The notes under the pieces are model-generated. The model had not been told where the DNA came from. It ran no database searches and saw only the letters and a list, made by a program, of their open reading frames with translations. From contig JAZDJN010000056.1 in the NCBI GenBank assembly GCA_043803945.1, positions 24,258 through 88,257 of the forward strand: a DNA stretch of 64,000 nt, read 5' to 3'. Positions 19,621 to 29,137 of this stretch are shown piece by piece; position 1 is the first letter of the stretch; the number at the start of each line of letters is the position of its first letter. The position numbers were made by a program, and so were the translations under genes. The stretch comes from a bacterium. GTDB lineage: Bacteria; Bacteroidota; Ignavibacteria; UBA10030.

Positions 19621-21174
19621 TTACCGGATCTCACTGTGAGAGTTCCCGGAGGTTTTCTCCAACAACCATTGAAAGAGATTTTTTGCCGCCTTCCAATTTT
19701 CGTACTCCGGAGGCAGCTTTCGGTCGTCGAAGTATTCATTATATAACCATGGATCACCGACAGCAACAACGGTTCCTTTCCCGAAGGCTGAAACCGCCAT
19801 GAGGATGAGATCGTTTTCTGTGAGAAGTGCCTCTGCGGGTTTTGTCAATTGCTGAGAGGCAACCTCTTTTGTATAAATCTGTTTGACGTCGCGAAAAATT
19901 GGGTGTGCCGGAAAACGATCGGTCTTCCCTTTCTCAAAATCTTTGCCGACAACACGATGATGGCTATCCTCGTTGAAATGAATTCCAAAATGTGCAGCGA
20001 GCGCATTAAAATGTTCAAATTCGGCATTACCCTTATCGTTTGTGAAGAGTACTAATACTCCTCCCGCCTTTACCCAGTCGACAATTGCCGCACTGTGCTC
20101 AGGAAGAATGTAATTCGGAACCTGCGTCTCCGCGGGAGTATCCGGATCAACAATGATATAGATTTGAAATCGTTTCAAGTTATCTGCTGTCGGCGCCGAT
20201 CGGAGGGTATCGAGATCACCGCCGAGCCGATCAATCGTCCTGCCAAGTTCTGAAAATCCACTATTCGTCGTATCTTCCCAGGTGTAGTGGAATTGCTCCC
20301 GAACTCCCGGTTTTTTCTCACGGAATTCACAATTGAAATAGTAGTCCAGGCCGACAACAACCTTGTGTTGCGCTGCTAATGAGGGCGGGGATTTGACTAA
20401 TTCTGCAGCGAGCGGAAGGGGAAGATCACGAACTCCATCAGCAGCCAAACCGGCGATCGTCAGCGCGCCAATGCGGGTAAAATGTGTGTTATCTTCTTTG
20501 CCTTGCGGTAATGCCGCATACTCATTTGGCTTTATCCAGAGGAATAACTCCTTCGACTTCTCCGGCCCCACTTTGACGAGAAGATCCTTGCTTCGTTGAT
20601 GAAGATCAATGAGCGGGACACGCTCTTGTCGCGCCACTTCCCGCACAACATCTGGATACTCACCATGTTTATCGACAAATGCTCCTTTTGAATCAAATCC
20701 CCTGCGGTTGACCGGCGTAAGAAGAATTGGTATCGCCTGTTTCTCTCTCGCCTTCCTGATGAAAAAGAGAAGGTTCGTTTTATAATCGCCCTGTGGAGAT
20801 GCATACCGGGCTGTGTCCTCAACTTTCGAATCATTATGACCGAACTGGATGAAGAGATACTCGCCCGGCTTGAGTTGATTGTACACTTTTTCCCAGAGGC
20901 CTTGATTGATAAAGCTTTTTGTGCTTCGGCCATTACGGGCATGATTTTGAATTTTCACCCGGTTGCTGAAATACAGAGGGAACATCTGTCCCCACCCATG
21001 CTCCGGGTTATCGATCAATGGTTTGTCGGCCATGGTGGAATCGCCGATGAGGTGGATCGTTATTGGATCCGGAACAATCCATGCGGCGAAGATACTGACA
21101 AGTGCAAATGGAGCAAGAAGTTTGATGAAACGTTTCGTCATAAAGTTCTTTCGACAGAATTCAAGATTGGGCAA
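19621..21174 (-). CDS. Rhamnogalacturonan/pectin acetylesterase (CE12, SGNH) fused to a DUF4350-like domain
   Basis: IGDSTMA, GWGQ, ARNGRSTKSF, QFGHND, DNTH. C-terminal half GLDYYFN...FHYTWED...IYIIVDPDT...GDPWLYNEY. The start may be at 21141 (MTKRF). Confidence 0.88.
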   Translation of the reverse strand: MPNLEFCRKNFMTKRFIKLLAPFALVSIFAAWIVPDPITIHLIGDSTMADKPLIDNPEHGWGQMFPLYFSNRVKIQNHARNGRSTKSFINQGLWEKVYNQLKPGEYLFIQFGHNDSKVEDTARYASPQGDYKTNLLFFIRKAREKQAIPILLTPVNRRGFDSKGAFVDKHGEYPDVVREVARQERVPLIDLHQRSKDLLVKVGPEKSKELFLWIKPNEYAALPQGKEDNTHFTRIGALTIAGLAADGVRDLPLPLAAELVKSPPSLAAQHKVVVGLDYYFNCEFREKKPGVREQFHYTWEDTTNSGFSELGRTIDRLGGDLDTLRSAPTADNLKRFQIYIIVDPDTPAETQVPNYILPEHSAAIVDWVKAGGVLVLFTNDKGNAEFEHFNALAAHFGIHFNEDSHHRVVGKDFEKGKTDRFPAHPIFRDVKQIYTKEVASQQLTKPAEALLTENDLILMAVSAFGKGTVVAVGDPWLYNEYFDDRKLPPEYENWKAAKNLFQWLLEKTSGNSHSEIR

Positions 21175-21217
21175 TAACGTCTTGAGTGTTGGTATCTTCT
21201 GATGAAAAGCATCCTCG

Positions 21218-22462
21218 CTATTTCAATGCGCCCACGCGTTCAAGCTCAATAGCAGCCATGAGAAATGGCCCATACCCCTTAAAATCGTTTGTTCGTTTGG
21301 GCTCGCTGATATAATATTCAAAACTGCCATCACGGTACGGATTACCGCCAAGTCCGGAGACCTGGACGGTGTTATGCAAAAACACCATGCCTTGATCATC
21401 GACGGTGACAAACTCTTTGAGCATCGCATCGAAGAGTGCCTTTGCGGTGGTTTTGTATTTTGCACCAAGGTAGCCGTTGCTCGCGCCTTTGATAAACGCA
21501 TAGGTGAACATGGAGGAGGAGGAAGCTTCGAGATAATTCCCCTTCCGATTCCCTTGATCAACCACCTGATACCACAATCCGGTTTTGGAATCCCGGTAGC
21601 GCAAGAGTGTTTGCGAGAGCGTTTGAAGCTGTGTGATTAACTCGCCGCGAGAACGATGATTCCCTGGTAGATGATCGAGCACATCAACGAGTGCCATCAT
21701 GTACCAGCCAATGGCTCTTCCCCAGAAATTTGGCGATTGGCCCGTTTTCGGATTGGCCCATTGTTGCTGCTTGCTCTCATCCCAGCCATGATACAGCAGT
21801 CCTGTCTTTGGATCCCGGTTATGCTTCCAGATGAGCTGGAACTGTTTGGCAACATCATCGAGCGCAGATGGTTCTTTGAACATCACCGCATAGTGGGTGT
21901 AAAAAGGTTCTGCCATGTAAAGACCATCGAGCCACATTTGATACGGATAAATTTTCTTATGCCAGAAGCCGTTTTCGCTTGTGCGCGGGTGGTGCGCGAG
22001 CTGCTTGCGGAGTGTGTCAGCAGCAACTTTATATTTCAGATTGTTGGTGCGCCGGAAGAGCGTAAGCAATTGTCTTCCGGGAGGAATGTTGTCGAGATTA
22101 AAGCTCTCGTATTCATAGGTGTTGATCGAGCCATTCTCTTCAATGTAGAGATCGATGTTCTGCTTGATGAAGTTGAAATACTTTTCATCACCCGTCTTCT
22201 TCCACATCATCCGCATGGCTTCCAGCATCACGCCTTGTTCGTAATTCCATTTTCTGCTCTTTGCCTCTGTTCCGTACTTGATGGTATCGGGATTCGATTT
22301 CATGAAGGAAGCGGCTATGCGTACAGACCACGGAAGTGACCGATCGATAGCTTGTGCTGAAAGTGCCTGATGCAGTACAAGGTAAATCAAGAGCAGTGAT
22401 GCCACCCGCAACACGAGAGACGAGAGTGCGGATTGTGAAAAAGAGAATACGGTCTTCATCAT
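21218..22462 (-). CDS. Unsaturated rhamnogalacturonyl/galacturonyl hydrolase (GH105)
   Basis: WNYEQG, NLDNI, GFWHKKIYPYQMWLDGLYM, LLYHGWDE, FWGRAIGW, GNYLEAS, RDGSFEYY. Confidence 0.95.
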   Translation of the reverse strand: MMKTVFSFSQSALSSLVLRVASLLLIYLVLHQALSAQAIDRSLPWSVRIAASFMKSNPDTIKYGTEAKSRKWNYEQGVMLEAMRMMWKKTGDEKYFNFIKQNIDLYIEENGSINTYEYESFNLDNIPPGRQLLTLFRRTNNLKYKVAADTLRKQLAHHPRTSENGFWHKKIYPYQMWLDGLYMAEPFYTHYAVMFKEPSALDDVAKQFQLIWKHNRDPKTGLLYHGWDESKQQQWANPKTGQSPNFWGRAIGWYMMALVDVLDHLPGNHRSRGELITQLQTLSQTLLRYRDSKTGLWYQVVDQGNRKGNYLEASSSSMFTYAFIKGASNGYLGAKYKTTAKALFDAMLKEFVTVDDQGMVFLHNTVQVSGLGGNPYRDGSFEYYISEPKRTNDFKGYGPFLMAAIELERVGALK

Positions 22463-22465
22463 TTC

Positions 22466-24157
22466 TTATCTCACCAGAAGAAGTTTGCGTGATTGCGTTC
22501 TTCCCCGCGAAACCAGTTGAGCAATATAGACTCCGGATGCGACATTCCGCGACTGTGTGTCTTTTCCATCCCATCGAATGGTGTAGTGGCCCGCCGGTTG
22601 CTCCCTCTGCATCAGCTCTTTCACAAGCACCCCGCGAAGATCATAGATCCTGAGTGCCACAACGCCTTGTTTTGAGAGGGAGATAGAGATCAGCGTTTCT
22701 GGATTAAATGGATTGGGATAGTTTTGATAAAGAACAAAATCGGAAGGTACTGATCTCTCTATGCTCCCGGTCGTGGTGATCACGTTCCCGGTAACAAGGC
22801 TATTGAGATATTCTTCGAGTTTTGTATATCCTTGAGCATTTTTTAAATTCCGATCACCTGGATCGGCGGGATTGAGGCCCTGTGCCTGTTCCCATGCATC
22901 CGGCATACCGTCATGATCGGTATCCATGGGCGGTGGTGCAGTCGCCAGAAGAGGCCAGCCGCCGACATCACTTTGTGAATCGATAATTCCAGACCGTGCT
23001 CCGGTTTTTCCACCAAACAATGCCACTCCATTTTCTACTTCCCACACTATTCGTTTGTCGATCGTATCTCGTTTCGGCAGGCTCGCTCCACCATATTTAA
23101 GGACTAACCTATATGCTACTTCTGGTTGATGTTGAACAATTGGAGTGTATGGAAACGGCTCCGTTGCTTTGATAGAATCGAACAAACTGGTGGCTACACC
23201 CTGCACCCCAAAGGCCCAATTATCTGTAGTTGCCTGAGGATATCCATCCACATAATTCTCATTGATATACCATTTTCCATATCCATGGCTCTCTGTTGAT
23301 GGATTCACGATCCTATATCTCGTTGAACCACTACTCGTGGAAGGGCCTGCCTTGTAGTAATTTGCCACAACATTGATCCTGCTTGGCTGTACTTCATTTG
23401 CTTCACCACCGTAGCAACTGTTGAATGTCCAGTTATAAACAACATTATTACGGTGGTCTACATTTTCTACTCCACGATCGAAACGTGGATTACGACTCGA
23501 GTGATGAGCTAATAAGTTATGATGCCATGTAGTGTTCTTCCCACCCCAGATACCTCCATAGCCATGAGCACCTTTGACATGATGTGAGTTACGCAGACTC
23601 TCTGCAATGAAGCACCATTGAACGGTCCACTGTTCGATTCCGGAATAAGCACTCAACGTTTCATCAATCGACCAGCTGATTGAGCAGTGATCGAGGATCA
23701 CATTCTTAGAGTTCTCGCCATCAAATGCATCATCATCATAGGTAGAGTCGACATCGCCCAACCGGAATCGTAGATATCTGATTATTACTTCATTCGCCTT
23801 CACCGTGAAGTTAAAATCACGGAGACAAATTCCATCGCCAGGAGCTGATTGCCCTGCAATTGTTAGGTTTCCTCTCGTGACAGATAATCGCGATTTTAAT
23901 CGAATAGTACCTGAGACACGAAAGACTATTGTTCTGGGTCCAGTTTTACCAATGGCTTCGCGCAAGCTACCTGGTCCGCTGTCATTGAGATTTGTCACTT
24001 CATAGATATCGCCGCCGCGGCCTCCAACCGTATATTGACCAAATCCCTCAGCTCCCGGAAATGCTTTCTGCTGACTATGCGAGAGTGTAGCAGTCAGAAA
24101 AATGAATTTGAAACCGAATGCAATTACAGTGAATGTATGTTGAAGTCCAAAGTTCAC
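22466..24157 (-). CDS. Pectate lyase (PL1, Bacteroidota-type) with C-terminal T9SS/FlgD-like sorting domain
   Basis: AFPGAEGFG..GGRGG, DSGPGSLR, AGQSAPGDG, DHCSISWSIDE, HGYGGIWGG, RNPR, DTDHDGMPDAWE, then LYQNYPNPFNP...SGVY...KLLLVR. Start re-placed at GTG 24157, just after the upstream stop. Confidence 0.92.
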   Translation of the reverse strand: MNFGLQHTFTVIAFGFKFIFLTATLSHSQQKAFPGAEGFGQYTVGGRGGDIYEVTNLNDSGPGSLREAIGKTGPRTIVFRVSGTIRLKSRLSVTRGNLTIAGQSAPGDGICLRDFNFTVKANEVIIRYLRFRLGDVDSTYDDDAFDGENSKNVILDHCSISWSIDETLSAYSGIEQWTVQWCFIAESLRNSHHVKGAHGYGGIWGGKNTTWHHNLLAHHSSRNPRFDRGVENVDHRNNVVYNWTFNSCYGGEANEVQPSRINVVANYYKAGPSTSSGSTRYRIVNPSTESHGYGKWYINENYVDGYPQATTDNWAFGVQGVATSLFDSIKATEPFPYTPIVQHQPEVAYRLVLKYGGASLPKRDTIDKRIVWEVENGVALFGGKTGARSGIIDSQSDVGGWPLLATAPPPMDTDHDGMPDAWEQAQGLNPADPGDRNLKNAQGYTKLEEYLNSLVTGNVITTTGSIERSVPSDFVLYQNYPNPFNPETLISISLSKQGVVALRIYDLRGVLVKELMQREQPAGHYTIRWDGKDTQSRNVASGVYIAQLVSRGRTQSRKLLLVR

Positions 24158-24162
24158 ATGAA

Positions 24163-25704
24163 TCACCAGGGAATCTGATACGAGAGACTGGCAATAAGAT
24201 TGTTGCGAATTTCCCGATTGATACTTACGGCGTTTGACCACGTATCGATAAACTTCATATCAGAATACTCGTAGGTCACGTTTACGCGGAGGCTGGCAAT
24301 ATTCATTTCGCCGCCCAGAGAATAGACTGGATACTTAATCGGCTCTCCACGTATTGCCTTCGACAATGGTTGGAAGACTTCAGCATTTTCCGAGACCCCG
24401 CCTCGAACGATGAGCCATGAATTCGCTCGATACTGTGCTCCCGCGTGCCATAAGGAAGCGGAAAGCCAGGGATTGATTTCCTGGCCGCCGGCGTCGGTGT
24501 ACGTTGCCGATGAGTATGGACGAATTTCATATTCAATACCGATGGTAAAATCGGGACGCACTGCAATTGAAACTCCCAGTGATGCGCGAAGCGGAAGGTT
24601 GATTTTATCTTCGCCGCTGGATGAGGTGGTTGAACGGAAGTGAAGCGAATCAACCCGGGAGCTTAATTTGCTCACGGTAGTAACTGAGTCCAACGATGAT
24701 GATGAGGAAAATTTCCTTGTAATGACTGTCGGGGGCTTCACCGAGAATCCAGCCGTGAACGACTGGCCGGTGTACGTGCCGCCCAGTGTAAATTCCTTGC
24801 CGCTGTAATCCGATGTACCGGTTTTCGCATAGCTGAGCATCCCCTGCTTATCAAGGCGAAGCGAACTGGTAAAGAACAGCATTCTTCCGCGGCCGACCCG
24901 TACTTCACTATCGTCCGTGCTTCCTTCCAGAATCAACCCGCTGGCACCAAGTGAGAATTGATCGGAAAGAGCCACAGAGAGAGCAGCACCATAGCCTTTG
25001 ATTGACCCGTCGCGTTGCTGATAGTACTGGTACCACTGCGTAAGATAGGGATTCGCATTCAGACCGGATGTGGCAATCGTTCCGTTCAGCACCGAGAGAA
25101 CCGATGGAGAAAAGCAATTATTGTTCTGGTAATACCAATTGAGATTCGCGTATTCAACGAATCCGACTCCAAGTACCACCCGAACATCCTTCAGGGAAAA
25201 CGGTGCTGCGAGGAATGCTTGAACGGGGGCGCTGTTCGATTTCGACCGATTCCAGTTTGGCCCGAGGTTATCGAATGGCCGTTGAACCGAGTCGCTTTGA
25301 TCGATCACACGGACCTGTGTAGTGCCGTAAAACTTTGTCGTATCCGGATTACTGAGCAATCCTGTCGTACCCTCCACAAGGGGACTGAACGCCGAATGCG
25401 ATTGTATTCCACCGTAGCGCTGATCCTGTTTACTATAGGTCGATTGCTGCAAACCACCGAGGGATAATTGTAATCCTTGAAGCGAGCCTAGCATTGCCGG
25501 ATTTGAAAACATCAGGGAGGCATCGTTTTTTATTCCCAGCATGGTACCTCCTGCTGCGCGCGACGATACCGAAGGCGTTGTTGTACGATTCAATCCCTGC
25601 ATGGAAAGCGGGTTATCGTACCCTTGTGCAAATGCGTCCTGTCCAAGCACAAGACACAGACAGAACATTGCGAGATAGGCGATTGTGTTCTTTGGCTGTT
25701 TCAT
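24163..25704 (-). CDS. Outer-membrane beta-barrel protein, FadL/PorV-superfamily-like
   Basis: Signal peptide, SRAAGG...DASLMFSNPAML N-terminal hatch-like motif, alternating beta-strands, C-terminal ASLSYQIPW. Translationally coupled (TAATG) to the upstream gene. Confidence 0.65.
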   Translation of the reverse strand: MKQPKNTIAYLAMFCLCLVLGQDAFAQGYDNPLSMQGLNRTTTPSVSSRAAGGTMLGIKNDASLMFSNPAMLGSLQGLQLSLGGLQQSTYSKQDQRYGGIQSHSAFSPLVEGTTGLLSNPDTTKFYGTTQVRVIDQSDSVQRPFDNLGPNWNRSKSNSAPVQAFLAAPFSLKDVRVVLGVGFVEYANLNWYYQNNNCFSPSVLSVLNGTIATSGLNANPYLTQWYQYYQQRDGSIKGYGAALSVALSDQFSLGASGLILEGSTDDSEVRVGRGRMLFFTSSLRLDKQGMLSYAKTGTSDYSGKEFTLGGTYTGQSFTAGFSVKPPTVITRKFSSSSSLDSVTTVSKLSSRVDSLHFRSTTSSSGEDKINLPLRASLGVSIAVRPDFTIGIEYEIRPYSSATYTDAGGQEINPWLSASLWHAGAQYRANSWLIVRGGVSENAEVFQPLSKAIRGEPIKYPVYSLGGEMNIASLRVNVTYEYSDMKFIDTWSNAVSINREIRNNLIASLSYQIPW

Positions 25705-26738
25705 TAGAATCCCACTCCTAAGCTTATCCGATGGACATTTCCAAGGTTATAATTGAGCGCTCCGTAACTATAGTCGAAGGAAAATCGTGTTGCTCCAAGG
25801 CTCTGCTTAATGCCACAGCCCGCCGAAAATCCATCAGCATCATAATTAAATTTGTTGCCGACTCGAAGGGCAACCATTCCGGCAAATTCATATTCCATGC
25901 CAAGGTGTGCCTGTTGGGCATAATCATTGGGTTGAAAAAGATCGAACGCTACGCTGAAGCGGTTATCATCGCTCTCCATTAGAAGAGCGTTACGGCCCAT
26001 CAAGTCTGCAGCGATACCGGTACGGAGTGCCATCGGAATCGAATTTGATTCGGATGCATACTTGACGTTCGCGCCAAAATTCTGGACCGATGCCGCGAGT
26101 TGAACCGACCGGAATCCGGTGTTATACCGCAAACCGAAATCAAAGAGAACACCGTTTGCCCAGGTCTTTACTTCTTCAGCGACACCTTTACTATTAACCG
26201 CCATAACTTGCCCTCCATCATAGAGAGACTCATGAGCATACTTGACAGTCAATCCGGTAGCGAACTTATCGGTAATCTCCTGTGCGTAACTCAGGCCGAT
26301 CAGATAGGCGAACGGGCGAAAGGTCTTTCCCGTCAATCCGGGAAACTCGATATCATCCTTGTAGGGTGATGTCCAGAGCGCTTCTTGAATTTCTCCAAAG
26401 TCCACGTATTGAACCTGGAGCCCGACGGATCCGAGAGAACCAAGCGAGGTTGCGAACGAGAGTGCTCCCTGTCGCGTATCAAAAATCCAATTCAGGTATG
26501 TCAGAGAAATCTCACGATCTCTCGATAAGGCAACGCCGGCTGGATTCCAGAACACCGCTTCTGCGCCTGTTGCCCAGACACTGTATGCATCACCCAATGC
26601 GGTCGCTCGTGCACACGGCATAACCTTTAAAAATTGCATGGAACTGCTACCGACCTTTTGCGAAAATGCCATCGGTGAGGACAATAAGATCGCAAACATC
26701 GGCAAGAGGTATAGTGTAATTTTCTTCATCGCTCTCAT
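25704..26738 (-). CDS. PorV/PorQ-family outer-membrane protein
   Basis: QFLKVMPCARATALGDA, AVFWNPAG, DFGLRY, QNFG, GMEY, DYSY, HRISLGVGF. Start re-placed at MRAMKK (26738, SD AAGGA). Confidence 0.88.
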   Translation of the reverse strand: MRAMKKITLYLLPMFAILLSSPMAFSQKVGSSSMQFLKVMPCARATALGDAYSVWATGAEAVFWNPAGVALSRDREISLTYLNWIFDTRQGALSFATSLGSLGSVGLQVQYVDFGEIQEALWTSPYKDDIEFPGLTGKTFRPFAYLIGLSYAQEITDKFATGLTVKYAHESLYDGGQVMAVNSKGVAEEVKTWANGVLFDFGLRYNTGFRSVQLAASVQNFGANVKYASESNSIPMALRTGIAADLMGRNALLMESDDNRFSVAFDLFQPNDYAQQAHLGMEYEFAGMVALRVGNKFNYDADGFSAGCGIKQSLGATRFSFDYSYGALNYNLGNVHRISLGVGF

Positions 26739-26748
26739 GTCCTTTATT

Positions 26749-29106
26749 TCAATGAATGATGACAAATTTACCTGTTGCCCGGGTTCCTTCATCAAGATCT
26801 TCTACAACGTAGAAGTACACTCCGGCGGCAATACGCTGACTATTTCGCGAAATCTGAAACCACTCATGCGAATAGACATTTGCCGTATGCTCAATTGTTC
26901 CAACCAGTTGTCCGCTATAGGAGAAAATCCGAATCACCGCATTCTTCGGCAGGCCATAAAATCCGATCTTATCGTTAATGTCCCCTTCTTTGGTTGATCC
27001 TCCAAAACTGCTGGAGAGAATGAGCGGATTCGGAGCAACATAAATTTTTCCACCCAAGTGTTCTACCGCCCCTTTTTGTGTTGAGTGGTAGGTAATATTG
27101 GTGTATCCACTCTTCCCGCCAACAGAATCGACAGAAAGAACACAGTAGTAATAGTTCTCGCTTAAAAGACTCTGCGTGTCCTTGAAGACATACATATCGG
27201 GATATTTTTCATCTTTGTTGTAATAGCGCGGATCTCGTATCCCGACACTGTCCAGCCGTGTCCAGGGGCCTAATCCATCTGGTGATTTCATGACGAGGTA
27301 GTGACTTAATCCGGAGCGAATTCTGCCAAGAGCCGCTGCTGCTTTAATAGCCGGCATCGAGGTGAAGCTTTCAACCTGCGGTCCCCAAACGATTTTATTC
27401 TTGACATCCGCCGCATCATAAACATTCAAGACAGGCGCGGGAAATGGTATATGGATCTTGGATACACCATACAAGCCGGTCGCGGGAGAATTTTCCGGTT
27501 TAAATTGAACTGCATCATAGTCAACCAGCGGTCCGCCGGTATAGATCTGAATGGCTCTATCAGCAACGTCACGCAGAGAAATGACCGGGGATGGATCGAC
27601 ATTCGAGATTTTTCCTGCAACATACCAGGGAAGTTTATGGGCATTGTTTTTCAAATAGGCGCTTCCCATGTAGTTGATGCCCGATAAGCCCGAGAGGCCG
27701 GGGTAGGTAAGCGAATCATACCAGGAGATCACCGGCTCATAATATGCTGTCGACGATGAGAACGCTCCCCCCGCATCCCGGTAGACCGTGTCTGCCGCAG
27801 TACCGGGTCCGTACCCGACGAGCGTGGCAATTGCAAACTTGAGGTGTTTCCCCCTGGGAAACACATAGGGTCCGAACGATGTATAGTGCATCGATGTTTG
27901 TGTATAGTTGCCGGAGGAGAGAGCTCTCGGTTTTGCACGGCCCTGCCAGTAATTCATGAGTTCGAGATTCACGGCAGGATTTTGTGCTATCGACGGTCCA
28001 TAGTACGTTGCCCAATTTACTGAATCTGTTTTGACGGTACTCGTTGTTGATTTGAAATCAAACGACGTGTAGGGACGGGAGGAGAGTGTCAGTCCGTACG
28101 CAATAGCCCGCGAGGCACTTAAATCGACGTTTCTGTTCGGTACTTGTTGAGCCGTATAAGGCTGTAAAAATTTGCCATTCTGATCCCACGCGCGAGCAGT
28201 ATCCGTGAGTGTATAGCTTGTCATGCTCTTGGGCTGTAAATTTTCATAATCATAATGGAGCACCATCAATCCCACACCTTGTGGTGAATTCAATCCGCCG
28301 CGATTACCCTCAGTCGACCAGGCATTAAAGTATGTCGGATCGGGAAATCCATCTCTGCTGTGCACATACAACATGTACCGGGTAAAATTATAACGTCCAT
28401 ACACTTCACGCGCGCGGGTCGTTACAGAAGACTCGTTCCAGACACCATACCTTCTCTGTATTCCTAACGCCGAAGGGCAGAGACCATTGAAAAACATCAC
28501 CATTCCGTCGGTATAATCCACAGCATCGGTGTTGACGATATCGTATTCAATAATAATGAATGCATCGTACCCGGGAAAACTCCATGCGCGGCTGGTTTGA
28601 GTAATCAAAAGTTTCATCGGGTTCGTGGTGGTATACTGTGTGACAATGATTTCTTCAGCCTCATTAGGATTGTATGCAGTATTGAGGCTGCCATCTGCTA
28701 ATAAAGGGTAGTTTTCCGTTCGGGTAATACTCCCGGGAATAGAGTATATACCTGCAATTGTTGTCGCATTGCCGGATCCGTCGGTAATTCCACCGCATGC
28801 TTTCGCAACATAGGTGCCGTTAATCTTTGCCTGAAACAGGATGCCGCCTCCGAAAGAATTCTGATGCCCCCAGTACACAATCTGATTCAGCGTTTGTCGT
28901 GAATTGGGGGGCCACTCCAGGGAAGAGGTCCCCTCCGGCAGACCGACCGTCGTCGAATTGCTGGCTTCAGTAGCTCTTCCTATCTCCCCGGTGTTGTAAA
29001 TCGTCTGGCGCACCATGCTGCGCGTATGCGTCTTGAAATCGCGCTGCGATACGGCAAGAGACGAAACCAGGGCCATCATGAGAAAAATATATACGAGATG
29101 TTTCAT
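26749..29106 (-). CDS. Large secreted hypothetical protein with T9SS-type C-terminal domain
   Basis: Signal peptide MKHLVYIFLMMALVSSLAVSQ (ATG 29106, SD AGGA). FN3-like YYYCVLSVD, C-terminus IYVAPNP...IRIFSYSGQLV...AAGVYFYVV...GKFVIIH. No recognisable catalytic family. Confidence 0.8.
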   Translation of the reverse strand: MKHLVYIFLMMALVSSLAVSQRDFKTHTRSMVRQTIYNTGEIGRATEASNSTTVGLPEGTSSLEWPPNSRQTLNQIVYWGHQNSFGGGILFQAKINGTYVAKACGGITDGSGNATTIAGIYSIPGSITRTENYPLLADGSLNTAYNPNEAEEIIVTQYTTTNPMKLLITQTSRAWSFPGYDAFIIIEYDIVNTDAVDYTDGMVMFFNGLCPSALGIQRRYGVWNESSVTTRAREVYGRYNFTRYMLYVHSRDGFPDPTYFNAWSTEGNRGGLNSPQGVGLMVLHYDYENLQPKSMTSYTLTDTARAWDQNGKFLQPYTAQQVPNRNVDLSASRAIAYGLTLSSRPYTSFDFKSTTSTVKTDSVNWATYYGPSIAQNPAVNLELMNYWQGRAKPRALSSGNYTQTSMHYTSFGPYVFPRGKHLKFAIATLVGYGPGTAADTVYRDAGGAFSSSTAYYEPVISWYDSLTYPGLSGLSGINYMGSAYLKNNAHKLPWYVAGKISNVDPSPVISLRDVADRAIQIYTGGPLVDYDAVQFKPENSPATGLYGVSKIHIPFPAPVLNVYDAADVKNKIVWGPQVESFTSMPAIKAAAALGRIRSGLSHYLVMKSPDGLGPWTRLDSVGIRDPRYYNKDEKYPDMYVFKDTQSLLSENYYYCVLSVDSVGGKSGYTNITYHSTQKGAVEHLGGKIYVAPNPLILSSSFGGSTKEGDINDKIGFYGLPKNAVIRIFSYSGQLVGTIEHTANVYSHEWFQISRNSQRIAAGVYFYVVEDLDEGTRATGKFVIIH

Positions 29107-29137
29107 TTGGGATTCCTGCATAATGGTAAATGATTTT

